Assembly: GCF_000310245.1 (NCBI RefSeq)
Contig: NC_020505.1
Span: 1,016,399-1,080,398 of the forward strand
DNA from: Candidatus Sulfuricurvum sp. RIFRC-1
Lineage (GTDB): Bacteria > Campylobacterota > Campylobacteria > Campylobacterales > Sulfurimonadaceae
Direction: 5' to 3'
DNA length: 64,000 nt
In this document: one piece after another, positions 1 to 10,060 of the stretch
Layout of the letters: each line of letters starts with the position of its first letter
Position numbering within the stretch: the first letter of the stretch is position 1
Translations under genes and position numbers: made by a program
Notes under the pieces: generated by a model
What the model was told of the DNA's origin: nothing
Database searches by the model: none
What the model saw: only the letters and a program-made list of their open reading frames with translations

Positions 1-72
1 ACCGAAGAGTATCAAGAGCTTACACGCCACAATATAGAAATCTCATATGATGGTATGCATATCGAGATTTAA
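1..72 (+). CDS. pqqB: PqqB, C-terminal fragment (5' truncated by window edge)
   Basis: Frame 1 reads TEEYQELTRHNIEISYDGMHIEI* with TAA at 70-72. The ending resembles PqqB C-termini and the fragment sits directly upstream of pqqC. Confidence 0.55.
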   Translation, partial: TEEYQELTRHNIEISYDGMHIEI

Positions 73-101
73 GACCCAAAAAACTAAATTAAAGGACAAA
101 A

Positions 102-845
102 ATGAAAACGCCCCTCAGTAAAAAAGAATTCGAAGAAGCATTAAGAGCAATGGGGAGTATGTACCATATTTATCACCCTTTTCATATCCGCATGTATGAA
201 GGTAAATGTACGAAAGAAGAGATTCAAGGATGGGTAGCCAACCGATTTTATTATCAAACAATGATACCGATCAAAGATGCGGCGATTATGTCCAACAACC
301 CTCCTATCGAAGATAGACGAAAATGGATTGACAGAATTAATGATCATGACAGTGTCGGCGGCGGAATCGAAGCATGGCTCGATTTGGGTACGGCGGTAGG
401 GCTGAATAAAGAAGATCTTATCAGTCATAAATATGTGTTGCCCTCGGTCAGATTTGCCGTCGATGCGTACGTCAACTTTGCGAAACATGCACCCTGGAAA
501 GAGGCGGCGATGTCTTCATTAACCGAGATGTTTGCACCTGAAATACATCAGCAGCGCCTTGATACATGGCCTAAAAACTATCCATGGATCGATCAAAACG
601 GGTTACGTTATTTTCAAAAACGACTTACGGAAGCAAGACGTGACGTACAGCACGGATTGGCACTGACGCTGGAGGAGTTCAATACCGCAGAGCTTCAAGA
701 AAAAGCGTTCTCAATCTTGCAGTTCAAATTGGATATTTTGTGGACGATGGTAGATGCCCTCTATCTTGCGTATGAGCTTAAACGACCGCCGTATTTTAAT
801 ATTAAGGATTGTCATGCAACGCGAAAAATTTCTTGCAGTGAATAG
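102..845 (+). CDS. pqqC: Pyrroloquinoline-quinone synthase PqqC
   Basis: 247 aa. The N-terminal half (YHIYHPFH...[10 protein letters not shown]) is typical of PqqC. AGGA-type RBS upstream and pqqD/E follow. Confidence 0.9.
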   Translation: MKTPLSKKEFEEALRAMGSMYHIYHPFHIRMYEGKCTKEEIQGWVANRFYYQTMIPIKDAAIMSNNPPIEDRRKWIDRINDHDSVGGGIEAWLDLGTAVGLNKEDLISHKYVLPSVRFAVDAYVNFAKHAPWKEAAMSSLTEMFAPEIHQQRLDTWPKNYPWIDQNGLRYFQKRLTEARRDVQHGLALTLEEFNTAELQEKAFSILQFKLDILWTMVDALYLAYELKRPPYFNIKDCHATRKISCSE

Positions 846-1086
846 TCACTTTCAACTCCAATATGAAGAGAAACAAAGCTGTTATGTTTTGCTCTATCCT
901 GAGGGGATGGTGCAACTCAGCTTCTCAGCAGGGGAGATTATGAGTTTATGTGACGGTGCGAACTCGTGTGACTCTATCATCACAACATTGGTAGAGAAAT
1001 TTTCGAATCAAGCGATTGAATCCGATGTTATGGAATTTCTTGATGAAGCGATGTCTCGCAATTGGGTAATTTATCATGAAGCCTAA
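814..1086 (+). CDS. pqqD: PQQ biosynthesis peptide chaperone PqqD
   Basis: About 90 aa from the internal ATG at 814 ([15 protein letters not shown]...). It overlaps the pqqC stop and the pqqE start. Size and position fit PqqD. The ORF-track start at 754 lies deep inside pqqC and is unlikely. Confidence 0.8.
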   Translation: MQREKFLAVNSHFQLQYEEKQSCYVLLYPEGMVQLSFSAGEIMSLCDGANSCDSIITTLVEKFSNQAIESDVMEFLDEAMSRNWVIYHEA

Positions 1087-2209
1087 TAATAAAACCGTTA
1101 GCCCCCCTTTATGGATATTGCTGGAGCTGACACATAAATGCCCTTTGGAGTGTACCTACTGCTACAATCAGCTTGATTTTGCCAATACGAAAGACTCTAT
1201 GAGCAAAGAGGACTGGTTTCGAGTCATGGAAGAGGCACGGGCTATGGGAGCCGTTCAGCTGGGTATCTCAGGCGGTGAACCTCTGCTGAACAAAGATCTT
1301 CTCGAAATTGTCAAAAAAGCCAATGAGTTAAAGTTTTATACCAATCTGATTACCTCTGGGGTCGGAGCCGATATCAGTATTGTTTCTAAACTCAAAGAAG
1401 CAGGGCTTAAGACGGTGCAGTTGGGTATTCAATCATCCGATGAGCATACAACCACACTGATAACGAACAATCAAAACGCTTTTAAAGACAAAATGGCTTT
1501 TGCCAAAGCGTGTAAAGATAATGGACTTCAGTTGATTGTCAACACGTGTATTACACGCCAAAATATCCATCAGATCGGTGATATCATTGAAATGGCGGAG
1601 CGTCTGGGGGCAAACTACCTTGAAATTGCTAACATCCAGTATTACGGCTGGGCGCTTGAAAATATCAATGCACTCCTTCCGACTAAAGAGCAGCTGGCTG
1701 AGGCCAAAGCGATCACGAATCACTACCGAGAAAATCGAAAAGATATGAAAGTCTTTTTTGTGGTACCGGATTATTTTGCCACACGTCCGAAAGCGTGTAT
1801 GAATGGATGGGGTTCGACTTTTTTGACCATTAATCCAAGCGGAGTGGCACTTCCGTGCAACACGGCGAACACCCTTCCGCTCACCTTTCCCAATGTTAAA
1901 GAGTATTCGGTTGAAGCGATATGGAACGATTCGGAAGCGTTTAACTATTTCCGAGGGGACTCATGGATGAGGGAGCCATGCAGAACGTGTGATGAAAAAG
2001 AGAAAGATTTCGGCGGATGTCGATGTCAAGCCTATGCATTGACCAAAGATATGCATGAAGCGGATCCCGTCTGTGACAAATCCGGTTTTCATCATGTTGT
2101 AACAACCAAAGTAGAGGAGAGCATCAACTCAGATAAGCAACCGCTGTACCGAAACAAAATCAATTCGATGAACATCATTGCAAACAGATTGGATTCATCA
2201 TGCAAATAG
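1076..2209 (+). CDS. pqqE: PQQ biosynthesis radical SAM/SPASM enzyme PqqE
   Basis: 377 aa with the CPLECTYC radical-SAM cluster motif near the N-terminus and a Cys-rich SPASM-like C-terminus (CRTCDEKEKDFGGCRCQ). Confidence 0.9.
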   Translation: MKPNNKTVSPPLWILLELTHKCPLECTYCYNQLDFANTKDSMSKEDWFRVMEEARAMGAVQLGISGGEPLLNKDLLEIVKKANELKFYTNLITSGVGADISIVSKLKEAGLKTVQLGIQSSDEHTTTLITNNQNAFKDKMAFAKACKDNGLQLIVNTCITRQNIHQIGDIIEMAERLGANYLEIANIQYYGWALENINALLPTKEQLAEAKAITNHYRENRKDMKVFFVVPDYFATRPKACMNGWGSTFLTINPSGVALPCNTANTLPLTFPNVKEYSVEAIWNDSEAFNYFRGDSWMREPCRTCDEKEKDFGGCRCQAYALTKDMHEADPVCDKSGFHHVVTTKVEESINSDKQPLYRNKINSMNIIANRLDSSCK

Positions 2210-3624
2210 TACTCACCAACAAGCAGCCCAAAGAGAGTTTAACCCTATCGTTTATAACAACGCTATCCGCAAAATCGGACCAGACCAAAATGCTCTCCAA
2301 AGCAGGATTCAGCCTCAAAGAGGGGACGACTTATTTGGATATTCATCAGAGTATTTTGTATGTGGCAAGCCGTTCGCTCCGCGCAGAAGATCTCAAAATC
2401 AGTGCGGCAAAAGCGATTCAATCCATACAAAAAAGCAGTTTCAAAACACTCTTTATAGCATTAGAACACTATCAGGATAAACTGGATGTGAAAGCATTGG
2501 CTGAAGGGCTTATTTTGGGTGATTATTACTACACCCAATACAAACATGAGTCAAAAAAGCATCAAGAGAGAAAGATCTTTATTGCCTACAGCGGCAGTAT
2601 GTACAGCAAAAATCACCTCGAAGAACTGCTGCATGAGGTTGAAATTATATGCCGCAATGTTAATTTTGTCAGAGATATCGTTAATACGCCGCCGCAGGAC
2701 TATTACCCGCATATCATGGCACTGGACGCAAAATATTTTGCTAAAAGAGACGGTTTGGAATGCAAAATCCTGGGTGAACATGAAATGCATGAAATGGGGA
2801 TGAATGCGATGCTGAGTGTCGGAAGGGCATCCGTACATGAGTCACAACTCATTCACCTCACCTACCGCCCTAAAAATCCAAAGGCTAAAATTGTCCTATT
2901 GGGTAAAGGGCTGACGTATGATTGTGGGGGATTGAGTCTCAAATCGGCCGATTCTATGGTCTCCATGAAGTGCGACAAAGCGGGCGGGAGCGCTGTATTA
3001 GGGGTGATGAGCGCGTTGAGAGCACTGGATATTGAGTGTGAAGTGCATGGGATTATCGGTGCAGTAGAGAACATGATAGGAGGCAACGCCTATAAACCCG
3101 ATGACGTGCTGCGGGCTAAAAACGGTATGAGTATTGAAGTGAAAAATACGGATGCCGAAGGTCGATTGGTTTTAGCAGACTGTCTCTGTTATGCTCAGGA
3201 CGAGATCGAAAATTTTGATTATATTTTTGATTTTGCTACCCTTACGGGAGCCTCTATTATCGCGTTAGGGAGTCATACTACAGCGGTAATGGGACACAAT
3301 GAGATCTTAAAGCATAAAATCAATACGGCAGCAGTGCAAAGCGGCGAGTTAGTCGGATTTTTGCCTTACAACCGATATTTTGAGAATGATCTCGACAGTG
3401 AGATTGCCGACATGGTTAACACCGCTTCTTCACGAAACGGCGGTGCGATAACAGCGAGTCTCTTTTTAGACCGGTTTATCAAAGATGAGAACAAGAAAAA
3501 ATGGCTCCATTTCGATATGGCAGGAGCATCGTATGCCCACAAAATATGGGGGTATAATCCCTATGGTGCCAGCGGCGCAGGTGTTCGATTAATCTTGCAA
3601 TTTTTGAAAAATATTACTCAATAA
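2200..3624 (+). CDS. pepA: M17 leucyl aminopeptidase family protein
   Basis: 474 aa with an exact NTDAEGRLVLAD M17 signature. The metal-ligand contexts GKGLTYDCGG and MKCDKAGG are present. The start overlaps the pqqE stop by 10 nt. Confidence 0.85.
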   Translation: MQIVLTNKQPKESLTLSFITTLSAKSDQTKMLSKAGFSLKEGTTYLDIHQSILYVASRSLRAEDLKISAAKAIQSIQKSSFKTLFIALEHYQDKLDVKALAEGLILGDYYYTQYKHESKKHQERKIFIAYSGSMYSKNHLEELLHEVEIICRNVNFVRDIVNTPPQDYYPHIMALDAKYFAKRDGLECKILGEHEMHEMGMNAMLSVGRASVHESQLIHLTYRPKNPKAKIVLLGKGLTYDCGGLSLKSADSMVSMKCDKAGGSAVLGVMSALRALDIECEVHGIIGAVENMIGGNAYKPDDVLRAKNGMSIEVKNTDAEGRLVLADCLCYAQDEIENFDYIFDFATLTGASIIALGSHTTAVMGHNEILKHKINTAAVQSGELVGFLPYNRYFENDLDSEIADMVNTASSRNGGAITASLFLDRFIKDENKKKWLHFDMAGASYAHKIWGYNPYGASGAGVRLILQFLKNITQ

Positions 3625-3743
3625 TTCCACTCAAAGCTATAAACAGTTCAAATAGCTTAATTTAGGCAAATTATATGAATAGATTATATTAAATTCATCG
3701 AAAATGTCTTTATTTTATTAATATTTTTGATAGAATAAAGGCC

Positions 3744-5648
3744 ATGAAAACCTACACATTTGAGTATACGGATTTATCGCAGCAACAGTGGTTGGATGAG
3801 ATAAAAAATGAACAGAATATTTTAGTTCAAATCTTTTGCGGTGATGGAAAAGAGATACTCCAAGAAGCCTCGGCACAAATTAAAAAAAGACTTCCTTTCA
3901 GTGTCGTTATCGGTACGACCACGGACGGGGAAATCAACAATAGCGATATTTTAACCCATTCAACGATCATCGCAGTCTCTACCTTTAGCAAAACAGAAAT
4001 TACCAGCGCATCGGTGAATGGAAAAGATTGTTTTCAAAACGGAGTCGATCTTGCAAAAAAGCTTATTAAACCCAACACAAAACTGCTGATCCTCTTTACC
4101 GACGGTACTACCAGCAACGGTGAAGTGTTTTTAAAAGGGATTGAATCCGTTAACGATACCGTCATGGTCTGCGGGGGAATGGCTGGAGACAATGGTCAAT
4201 TTGTTCAGACCTATATTTGTGAAAACGAAACGGTTCTTGCACAAGGTGCTGTCGGTGTTGCTTTGCATTCGGATAAGCTAAGTGTCTACAACAATTATAA
4301 ATTTGACTGGTCTCCCATCGGAATTGAGCATACGATTGATGAAATCAGAGAAAATCGGGTGTATAAGATTTCCGGTATGCCGGCCGTCGATTTTTACAAA
4401 AAATATTTAGGGGAAGAGGTCGCAAAGGCGCTCCCGAAAACAGGGATTGAATTTCCATTGATTGTGGATAAAAACGGTTTGAAAGTCGCACGCGCCGTTA
4501 TTGCCAAGCATAATGACGGCAGTATGAGTTTTGCCGGGAATCTCAATGTCGGAGATAAGGTACGGCTGGGATTCGGAAACGCAGAACTGATTATCCAGCA
4601 ATCGTTTGACAACACGTATCAGGCACCCTGTAAAAATATGCAAACCTATTTTGTCTATTCGTGTATGGCGCGCAGAAGGTATATGCCCAGTCTGATTAAT
4701 ATAGAAATGGAGCCTTTTGTTAAGAACGCACCGACAGTAGGATTCTTCAGCTATGCCGAGTTTTATCATCATGAAGGGCACAATGAACTGCTCAACCAAA
4801 CCTTCACTGTCGTCGGCTTATGCGAATCCGATTGCATAGAGTGCTCTGCCCTTGAAAATAAGCCAAAAACGATCCCTTTGGAAAATGACGACTATGCCAT
4901 AACCGTCGGTGCATTGGCTCATCTCATATCACAATCAGCGGACGACTATGAACAGCAGAAAAAGAAGTTGGAAGAGGAACAGCTCTATTCTCAGAGTTTA
5001 TTAAAATCTCAAGATCTGTTTATCAAATACGCAGTACATGAAACCAATACTCCGCTGAGTATTATCATGTGCAATGTTGAACTTTACGAAGCGGAATACG
5101 GTAAAAATCCATACCTGTGTAACATCGAAGCGGCGATGAAAAATGTCTGTACCATATACGATGATTTGTCGTATTTGCTCATTAACAAAACGATCGAATA
5201 TACGAAGCATACGATTGATTTAGTGGATTATGTAAGAAGCCGGATTGAGTTTTTTAATATTGTGGCCAAAAAATCGAATGTCAGTTTTGTTTTTACGAGT
5301 CCTGAAAAAGAGTTCATCATTTATTTTAATGAATCTCAGCTGCAACGGATCATCGATAACAATCTGACCAATGCCATCAAATATACGAAAGAGAATGAGC
5401 CAATTTACGTTGTGATTGAACATGATCAAAGTACGTGTAAAGTTACGTTTAAAAGCAAATCTTCGGAGATAGCAAATCCTCATAAGATATTCGAGCAATT
5501 TTACCGAGAAAGTTCTCAGCAAGAAGGGTTTGGATTGGGGTTAAATCTCGTAAAAGAGATTTGTAATAATGAGAATGTCGCTTTTGAATTGCATTCAACG
5601 AAAGAAGAGACCTCATTTACCTATGAATTTAAGGAGGCATACCTTTGA
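3744..5648 (+). CDS. Cytoplasmic sensor histidine kinase with N-terminal FIST_N/FIST_C sensor
   Basis: 634 aa with no obvious TM segment. FIST-like blocks are present (VVIGTTTDGEI, CGGMAGDNGQF, VGFFSYAEFY). These are followed by a coiled coil, an H-box (HETNTPLSII) and a HATPase_c domain (NLTNAIKYT, GFGLGLNLV). Confidence 0.8.
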   Translation: MKTYTFEYTDLSQQQWLDEIKNEQNILVQIFCGDGKEILQEASAQIKKRLPFSVVIGTTTDGEINNSDILTHSTIIAVSTFSKTEITSASVNGKDCFQNGVDLAKKLIKPNTKLLILFTDGTTSNGEVFLKGIESVNDTVMVCGGMAGDNGQFVQTYICENETVLAQGAVGVALHSDKLSVYNNYKFDWSPIGIEHTIDEIRENRVYKISGMPAVDFYKKYLGEEVAKALPKTGIEFPLIVDKNGLKVARAVIAKHNDGSMSFAGNLNVGDKVRLGFGNAELIIQQSFDNTYQAPCKNMQTYFVYSCMARRRYMPSLINIEMEPFVKNAPTVGFFSYAEFYHHEGHNELLNQTFTVVGLCESDCIECSALENKPKTIPLENDDYAITVGALAHLISQSADDYEQQKKKLEEEQLYSQSLLKSQDLFIKYAVHETNTPLSIIMCNVELYEAEYGKNPYLCNIEAAMKNVCTIYDDLSYLLINKTIEYTKHTIDLVDYVRSRIEFFNIVAKKSNVSFVFTSPEKEFIIYFNESQLQRIIDNNLTNAIKYTKENEPIYVVIEHDQSTCKVTFKSKSSEIANPHKIFEQFYRESSQQEGFGLGLNLVKEICNNENVAFELHSTKEETSFTYEFKEAYL

Positions 5649-6304
5649 AGATTTTATTAGTCGAAGACGATATTATGCTGGGTGAAGCCATATCGAAATA
5701 CATACAGGCCACAGGGCATGTTGTGGAGTTGGTTAAAGACGGGACACAAGGATTGGAGAAGATTCATAACAGTAATTTTGATTTGCTGCTTCTGGATATC
5801 AATGTCCCCGGTATGGATGGGTTAACACTTTTAGAGACTACCCATAATGAGAAAATACAGATTCCTACGATTTTTATCTCAGCGCTAATCGATATTGAAG
5901 ATATATCAAGAGCTTTCAATTTAGGTTGTTATGATTATTTGAAAAAACCGTTTCATCTGAAAGAATTAAGTCTTAGAATCGATAAAATATTACAATCCAG
6001 ACAAGTTCCGCAAGCGCATAAAAGGCTCTCTAAATCGTATAGTTTTGACAGTGAAACGATGACGCTGCTGTTTAACAACGAACCCCAGATTCTGCCGAAA
6101 AGACAACTTCAGATCATAGAGCTTTTGTCTCAGCATAGAAGCAGAATCGTGACGTATGACATGTTTAGAGACTATGTCTGGAATGATGATATGATCGATA
6201 ATGCCACAATAAGGGCAGAGTTAAACCGAATCAAAAATGTTTTGAAAGAAGATATGATTATCAATATTCGATCAATAGGCTATATGGTTGAACGACCTAA
6301 ATGA
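5645..6304 (+). CDS. OmpR/PhoB-family response regulator (REC plus winged helix)
   Basis: 219 aa, MKILLVEDD...DLLLLDINVPGMDG...KKPF receiver domain with a C-terminal winged-helix region. TTG start overlaps the kinase stop (TTGA). Confidence 0.85.
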   Translation: MKILLVEDDIMLGEAISKYIQATGHVVELVKDGTQGLEKIHNSNFDLLLLDINVPGMDGLTLLETTHNEKIQIPTIFISALIDIEDISRAFNLGCYDYLKKPFHLKELSLRIDKILQSRQVPQAHKRLSKSYSFDSETMTLLFNNEPQILPKRQLQIIELLSQHRSRIVTYDMFRDYVWNDDMIDNATIRAELNRIKNVLKEDMIINIRSIGYMVERPK

Positions 6305-6318
6305 TTAAGGTGAATAAT

Positions 6319-6332
6319 CCCGCGCAGGCGGG
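6319..6332. terminator. Short GC hairpin between convergent genes (possible bidirectional terminator)
   Basis: CCCGC-GCAG-GCGGG lies between the regulator stop (6304) and the chemoreceptor stop (6340). The stem is only 5 bp and there is no clear U-tract. Confidence 0.3.
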
Positions 6333-6339
6333 TATCCAC

Positions 6340-8340
6340 TCATCCATTTAAGATGTCTAATGTTTTTTCATACACTTGAAGCTTATTGAGCTCATTATTG
6401 AGTTGTTGCGTTAAAAGTGACTGAGATCGAAGTTCGTCGGAAATACTTAGGCTTTTATCTGAGAGAACTTCCATTTCGTTAGAGAGTACTAAACTTTTTG
6501 ATGACATAGTCGTAAGCCCTGTACTCACATTTTTCATCGTTTCACTAATTCCTTCAACCGCCTGAATAATCGTGTTAACTGATATGTTGGTTTCGGAGAG
6601 ACTCTTTTGAGTTCGTTCGGCCAGTTTACGTACTTCATCTGCAACCACTGCAAATCCACGGCCGTGTTCTCCTGCACGGGCAGCTTCAATCGCGGCATTC
6701 AGAGCAAGAAGGTTTGTTTGGTCTGCTATATCGGATATAACACTGAGAACCGCACGTATTTCACGAACATTATTCGTAAGATTTTCTACATCCGAAGAGA
6801 GATTTGCATTATCTACACTGCTTTTTTCCATATGAATGGAAAAAACTGAAAATTGATCTTGTACCGTTGAGAGTTGTTTTCCAATAGTATCAATCGAATC
6901 AACAGCATGATTGATGGTATCTCCAATGGTTTCAATAACAGGCATGCTCTCTTTCATCTGACTCAACATAGCCTTGTTGATGTTATCGATCATATTCTGA
7001 CGATTAATTTTTCGTAGGAGAAAATAGCTTTTAAATCCGGCATATTTTTGAACAAAACTATCGATATATTCATCATGGAAAGGTTCATTGCCGATCCGGT
7101 AGAAAAAGATCGCGGTTAGTGTTTGATTAATATTAACACCTAGAAGTTCACCGAATGTCGAAAAGCCTGCTACCGGAATGTCTTGAAATGAACGAAGGCT
7201 ATTGAGTTCATTTGTATTAAATAAGCGACGTAAAATACAGTCGTTGAAAATGGCCCCTATAGCTTTGGGCTTTTTATAGCTGAATTCCGAATAATGTTCT
7301 GAAGTTGTTCGAACGAAGTCTGTTTTTTCCAACAGTATCAGTTCTTCACCCGCTTCGATATCGCAGTAAAAATGGATGACACCGGCAGTTCTATCAATTG
7401 AAGCAATCGATCGAACATAAATTTCACCGTCTATTTCTATCCCGAAAGTATAATTTGCCAGTTTCACATCAAGCTGTTGTGGAGAGCAACCGAAATGAGT
7501 GCATAATGCTTCGATGACATTGATCCGTGCATTGGTTTTGGTATCTATAAAAGCAGAAACAATCCGTTTAATCGGATCAGCGGCTAATACCGTAAACTTT
7601 ACGGCCGATTTTTTGAAGTTTTGACTTTTGAAAATCCCAAATCGATAGCCCGGTGTGAATTTAATAAATGTGATGACGGCATGGTGTCTTAATACACGTG
7701 TACCGTCAAAAATATAGGTGTTTTCAAAGTCAAGTTTTCCGCCCGAACTTCCGCCGACGAGCAGACAAGGGAATTTACCAACATTATAAACGGCTTCCAT
7801 CAAGAAACTTTCACTGGCAGAAAGGCCATCAATCAGTGTGTAGCCAAGCGTATCTTCATGGTTCATTTTAAAGGGTACGTGAATTTGTCGAAGCTCGTTG
7901 GAAATAGCTGAAACTCGGGTCGCGGCATTTTTGGAACTTGACCCGATATCTTCGCTTTTTAGTGGAACAGAAGCGACATAAACATCGCTAATCATCTCTT
8001 TGGCAAACAACATTAATACAATATTATCACCCGTTCCTACATTCGATTGGGAGTAGAGATTGGTGATAGGATCGGATTTGTCAAAACTGCACAGTTCTCC
8101 GGCTGTTGTTGAGAGAATCAAGGTCGTATCGGGTGGAAGTGTTTGTTTTAATAGAGAAGATATCGTGGAAAAATTAAGTGCCGAAGAGACGAAACCGATA
8201 ACCACTTTCGGTGTAATTTCAAGACGATCAAGTTTTCCGTTCTTAATATCGTTTTCTCGCAAGGTGATCGAAATCATCCCCTTCTCACCTCGAGCTGTCA
8301 CATCTTTACGCGTATCCTTAGAGTTAAAAAGACCGAACAT
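6340..8340 (-). CDS. Soluble methyl-accepting chemotaxis protein with N-terminal FIST sensor
   Basis: 666 aa with no TM segment seen. The N-terminal 400 aa or so carry FIST-like blocks ([34 protein letters not shown]). The C-terminus has the MCP signalling core [38 protein letters not shown]. Confidence 0.85.
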   Translation of the reverse strand: MFGLFNSKDTRKDVTARGEKGMISITLRENDIKNGKLDRLEITPKVVIGFVSSALNFSTISSLLKQTLPPDTTLILSTTAGELCSFDKSDPITNLYSQSNVGTGDNIVLMLFAKEMISDVYVASVPLKSEDIGSSSKNAATRVSAISNELRQIHVPFKMNHEDTLGYTLIDGLSASESFLMEAVYNVGKFPCLLVGGSSGGKLDFENTYIFDGTRVLRHHAVITFIKFTPGYRFGIFKSQNFKKSAVKFTVLAADPIKRIVSAFIDTKTNARINVIEALCTHFGCSPQQLDVKLANYTFGIEIDGEIYVRSIASIDRTAGVIHFYCDIEAGEELILLEKTDFVRTTSEHYSEFSYKKPKAIGAIFNDCILRRLFNTNELNSLRSFQDIPVAGFSTFGELLGVNINQTLTAIFFYRIGNEPFHDEYIDSFVQKYAGFKSYFLLRKINRQNMIDNINKAMLSQMKESMPVIETIGDTINHAVDSIDTIGKQLSTVQDQFSVFSIHMEKSSVDNANLSSDVENLTNNVREIRAVLSVISDIADQTNLLALNAAIEAARAGEHGRGFAVVADEVRKLAERTQKSLSETNISVNTIIQAVEGISETMKNVSTGLTTMSSKSLVLSNEMEVLSDKSLSISDELRSQSLLTQQLNNELNKLQVYEKTLDILNG

Positions 8341-8406
8341 ACTATTCCTTTAGAATCGACTAATATAACCATTTATTCATACTTATATCTAAGTGAAGTA
8401 TATAAA

Positions 8407-8449
8407 ATCAAAATAGCATCAAAATAGCTAAAACCCTTTGCTATTTTCA
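8407..8449. promoter_or_regulatory. Candidate operator: ATCAAAATAGC x2 tandem (11-bp phase) plus one inverted copy
   Basis: Exact 11-bp direct repeat at 8407-8417 and 8418-8428. GCTATTTTCA at 8440-8449 is the reverse complement of TGAAAATAGC. The site lies in the divergent intergenic region between the FIST-MCP and the aldehyde dehydrogenase. Confidence 0.4.
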
Positions 8450-8543
8450 AGCTATAGAAGTAGTATAAAGTATGCTCAGAGAAAAAACTGCGGGTTAAGA
8501 CTTCCGCCAAGTTTCTTCACAAAATTGAATCAAAGGAAAAAAA

Positions 8544-10040
8544 GTGGCATACGTAAAACCGACTTACAAATCTCAATATGAGAACTTTATTGCTGGAGAG
8601 TGGGTAGCTCCACAAAGTGGCGAGTATTTTGATAATATCTCTCCCGTTGACGGTGAAGTTTTAACAAAAATTCCAAGATCAAATGAAGCCGATGTCGAAC
8701 TGGCAATTCAAGCCGCAAATAAAGCATTTCAATCCTACAAACATACTTCCGTCGTAGAGCGAAGTATTATGCTCAATAAAGTTGCCGATGCAATCGAAGC
8801 CAATTTGGAAGCGTTAGCGATTGCAGAGACTTTGGATAACGGTAAAACGATTCGAGAAACTTTGTTCGCGGATATCCCTTTGGTTGTGGATCACTTCCGA
8901 TATTTCGCGTCCGTCATCCGAGCCGAGTCGGGTACGGTGGCCGATATCGACGAAACGACGATTTCTCAAGAGATTTATGAGCCGTACGGTGTTGTCGCAC
9001 AAATCATTCCTTGGAACTTTCCGTTATTGATGGCGGCATGGAAATTGGCTCCGGCATTGGCGGCAGGTAACTGTATCGTTATGAAACCGGCTTCCGCTAC
9101 CCCTATGTCGATTCTATTGTTGATGGAAGCGATCCAAGATGTCCTTCCAAAAGGGGTCGTCAATATTATCAACGGTGCCGGCGGAAAAATCGGTAAATAT
9201 CTATCAACGCATCCGGATGTTAAAAAAGTCGGGTTTACCGGTGAAACGACTACAGGTCAGCTGATCATGCAGTATGCAACCGAGAATATCATCCCTACAA
9301 CGTTGGAATTGGGCGGTAAATCTCCGAATATTTTCTTCGAATCGATTATGGCTGCCGATGATGAGTTCTTTGATAAAGCGATTGAAGGGTTGATTCTATT
9401 CGCGTTTAACTCCGGTGAAGTGTGTACGTGTCCTTCACGCGCATTGATCCAAGAATCGATCTACGAGCCGTTTATGAAGCGTGTTTTAGAGCGAATGGAA
9501 GCGATCAAATTAGGAAATCCTTTGGATGTCGCCAACATGATGGGGGCTCAATGCTCACTCAACCAAAAAGAGAAGATCCTCGAATACATCAAAATCGGTA
9601 AAGAAGAAGGGGCTGAGTGTCTCATCGGTGGAGAGGTGTATGAGTCTGCAACGTATCCGAACGGATTTTATATCCAACCGACCGTATTCAAAGGGCACAA
9701 TAAAATGAGAATCTTCCAAGAAGAGATTTTCGGGCCTGTACTTGCCGTCACCACCTTTAAAGACGAAGCAGAAGCATTAGCCATTGCAAATGATACCATC
9801 TATGGATTGGGTTCAGGGGTATGGTCACGCGATGCGCATCAATTGCATAAAATCAGCCGAGGAATCGAAGCCGGCCGTGTTTGGGTAAACTGCTACCATA
9901 TGTACCCATCACACGCATCATTCGGCGGATACAAAAAATCGGGCCTCGGCAGAGAGACGCACATGATGATGTTGAACTCGTACCGACACACGAAAAATAT
10001 CTTAACGTCGTACAACAAAAGCGCTATGGGATTTTTTTAA
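8544..10040 (+). CDS. NAD(P)-dependent aldehyde dehydrogenase
   Basis: 498 aa with a GTG start 7 nt after AAAGGA. ALDH motifs are present (ELGGKSP, catalytic-Cys context FNSGEVCTCPSR, EEIFGPV). Confidence 0.9.
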   Translation: MAYVKPTYKSQYENFIAGEWVAPQSGEYFDNISPVDGEVLTKIPRSNEADVELAIQAANKAFQSYKHTSVVERSIMLNKVADAIEANLEALAIAETLDNGKTIRETLFADIPLVVDHFRYFASVIRAESGTVADIDETTISQEIYEPYGVVAQIIPWNFPLLMAAWKLAPALAAGNCIVMKPASATPMSILLLMEAIQDVLPKGVVNIINGAGGKIGKYLSTHPDVKKVGFTGETTTGQLIMQYATENIIPTTLELGGKSPNIFFESIMAADDEFFDKAIEGLILFAFNSGEVCTCPSRALIQESIYEPFMKRVLERMEAIKLGNPLDVANMMGAQCSLNQKEKILEYIKIGKEEGAECLIGGEVYESATYPNGFYIQPTVFKGHNKMRIFQEEIFGPVLAVTTFKDEAEALAIANDTIYGLGSGVWSRDAHQLHKISRGIEAGRVWVNCYHMYPSHASFGGYKKSGLGRETHMMMLNSYRHTKNILTSYNKSAMGFF

Positions 10041-10060
10041 TCGATAGCAGAAAAATTCGA

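Noticed and set aside
1-101. Looked for pqqA.
   Set aside because: The window starts inside pqqB. pqqA would lie further upstream, outside the window.
754-813. Longer N-terminal extensions offered by the ORF track for pqqD (754), DUF779 (10078), rhlE (15273), the rSAM enzyme (18760), baeRF (25349), GH57-1 (47134), galT (51118) and glgA2 (53565).
   Set aside because: The extensions overlap the upstream gene extensively or lack an RBS. Internal starts give family-typical N-termini and short operon-style overlaps.
3632-3657. AAGCTAT-N11-ATAGCTT inverted repeat containing one TCAAATAGCT copy of the putative regulator motif, upstream of the FIST kinase.
   Set aside because: It is ambiguous. It is a single copy of the core and could equally be a weak post-pepA terminator hairpin. 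It is mentioned under the motif finding but not called as a site.
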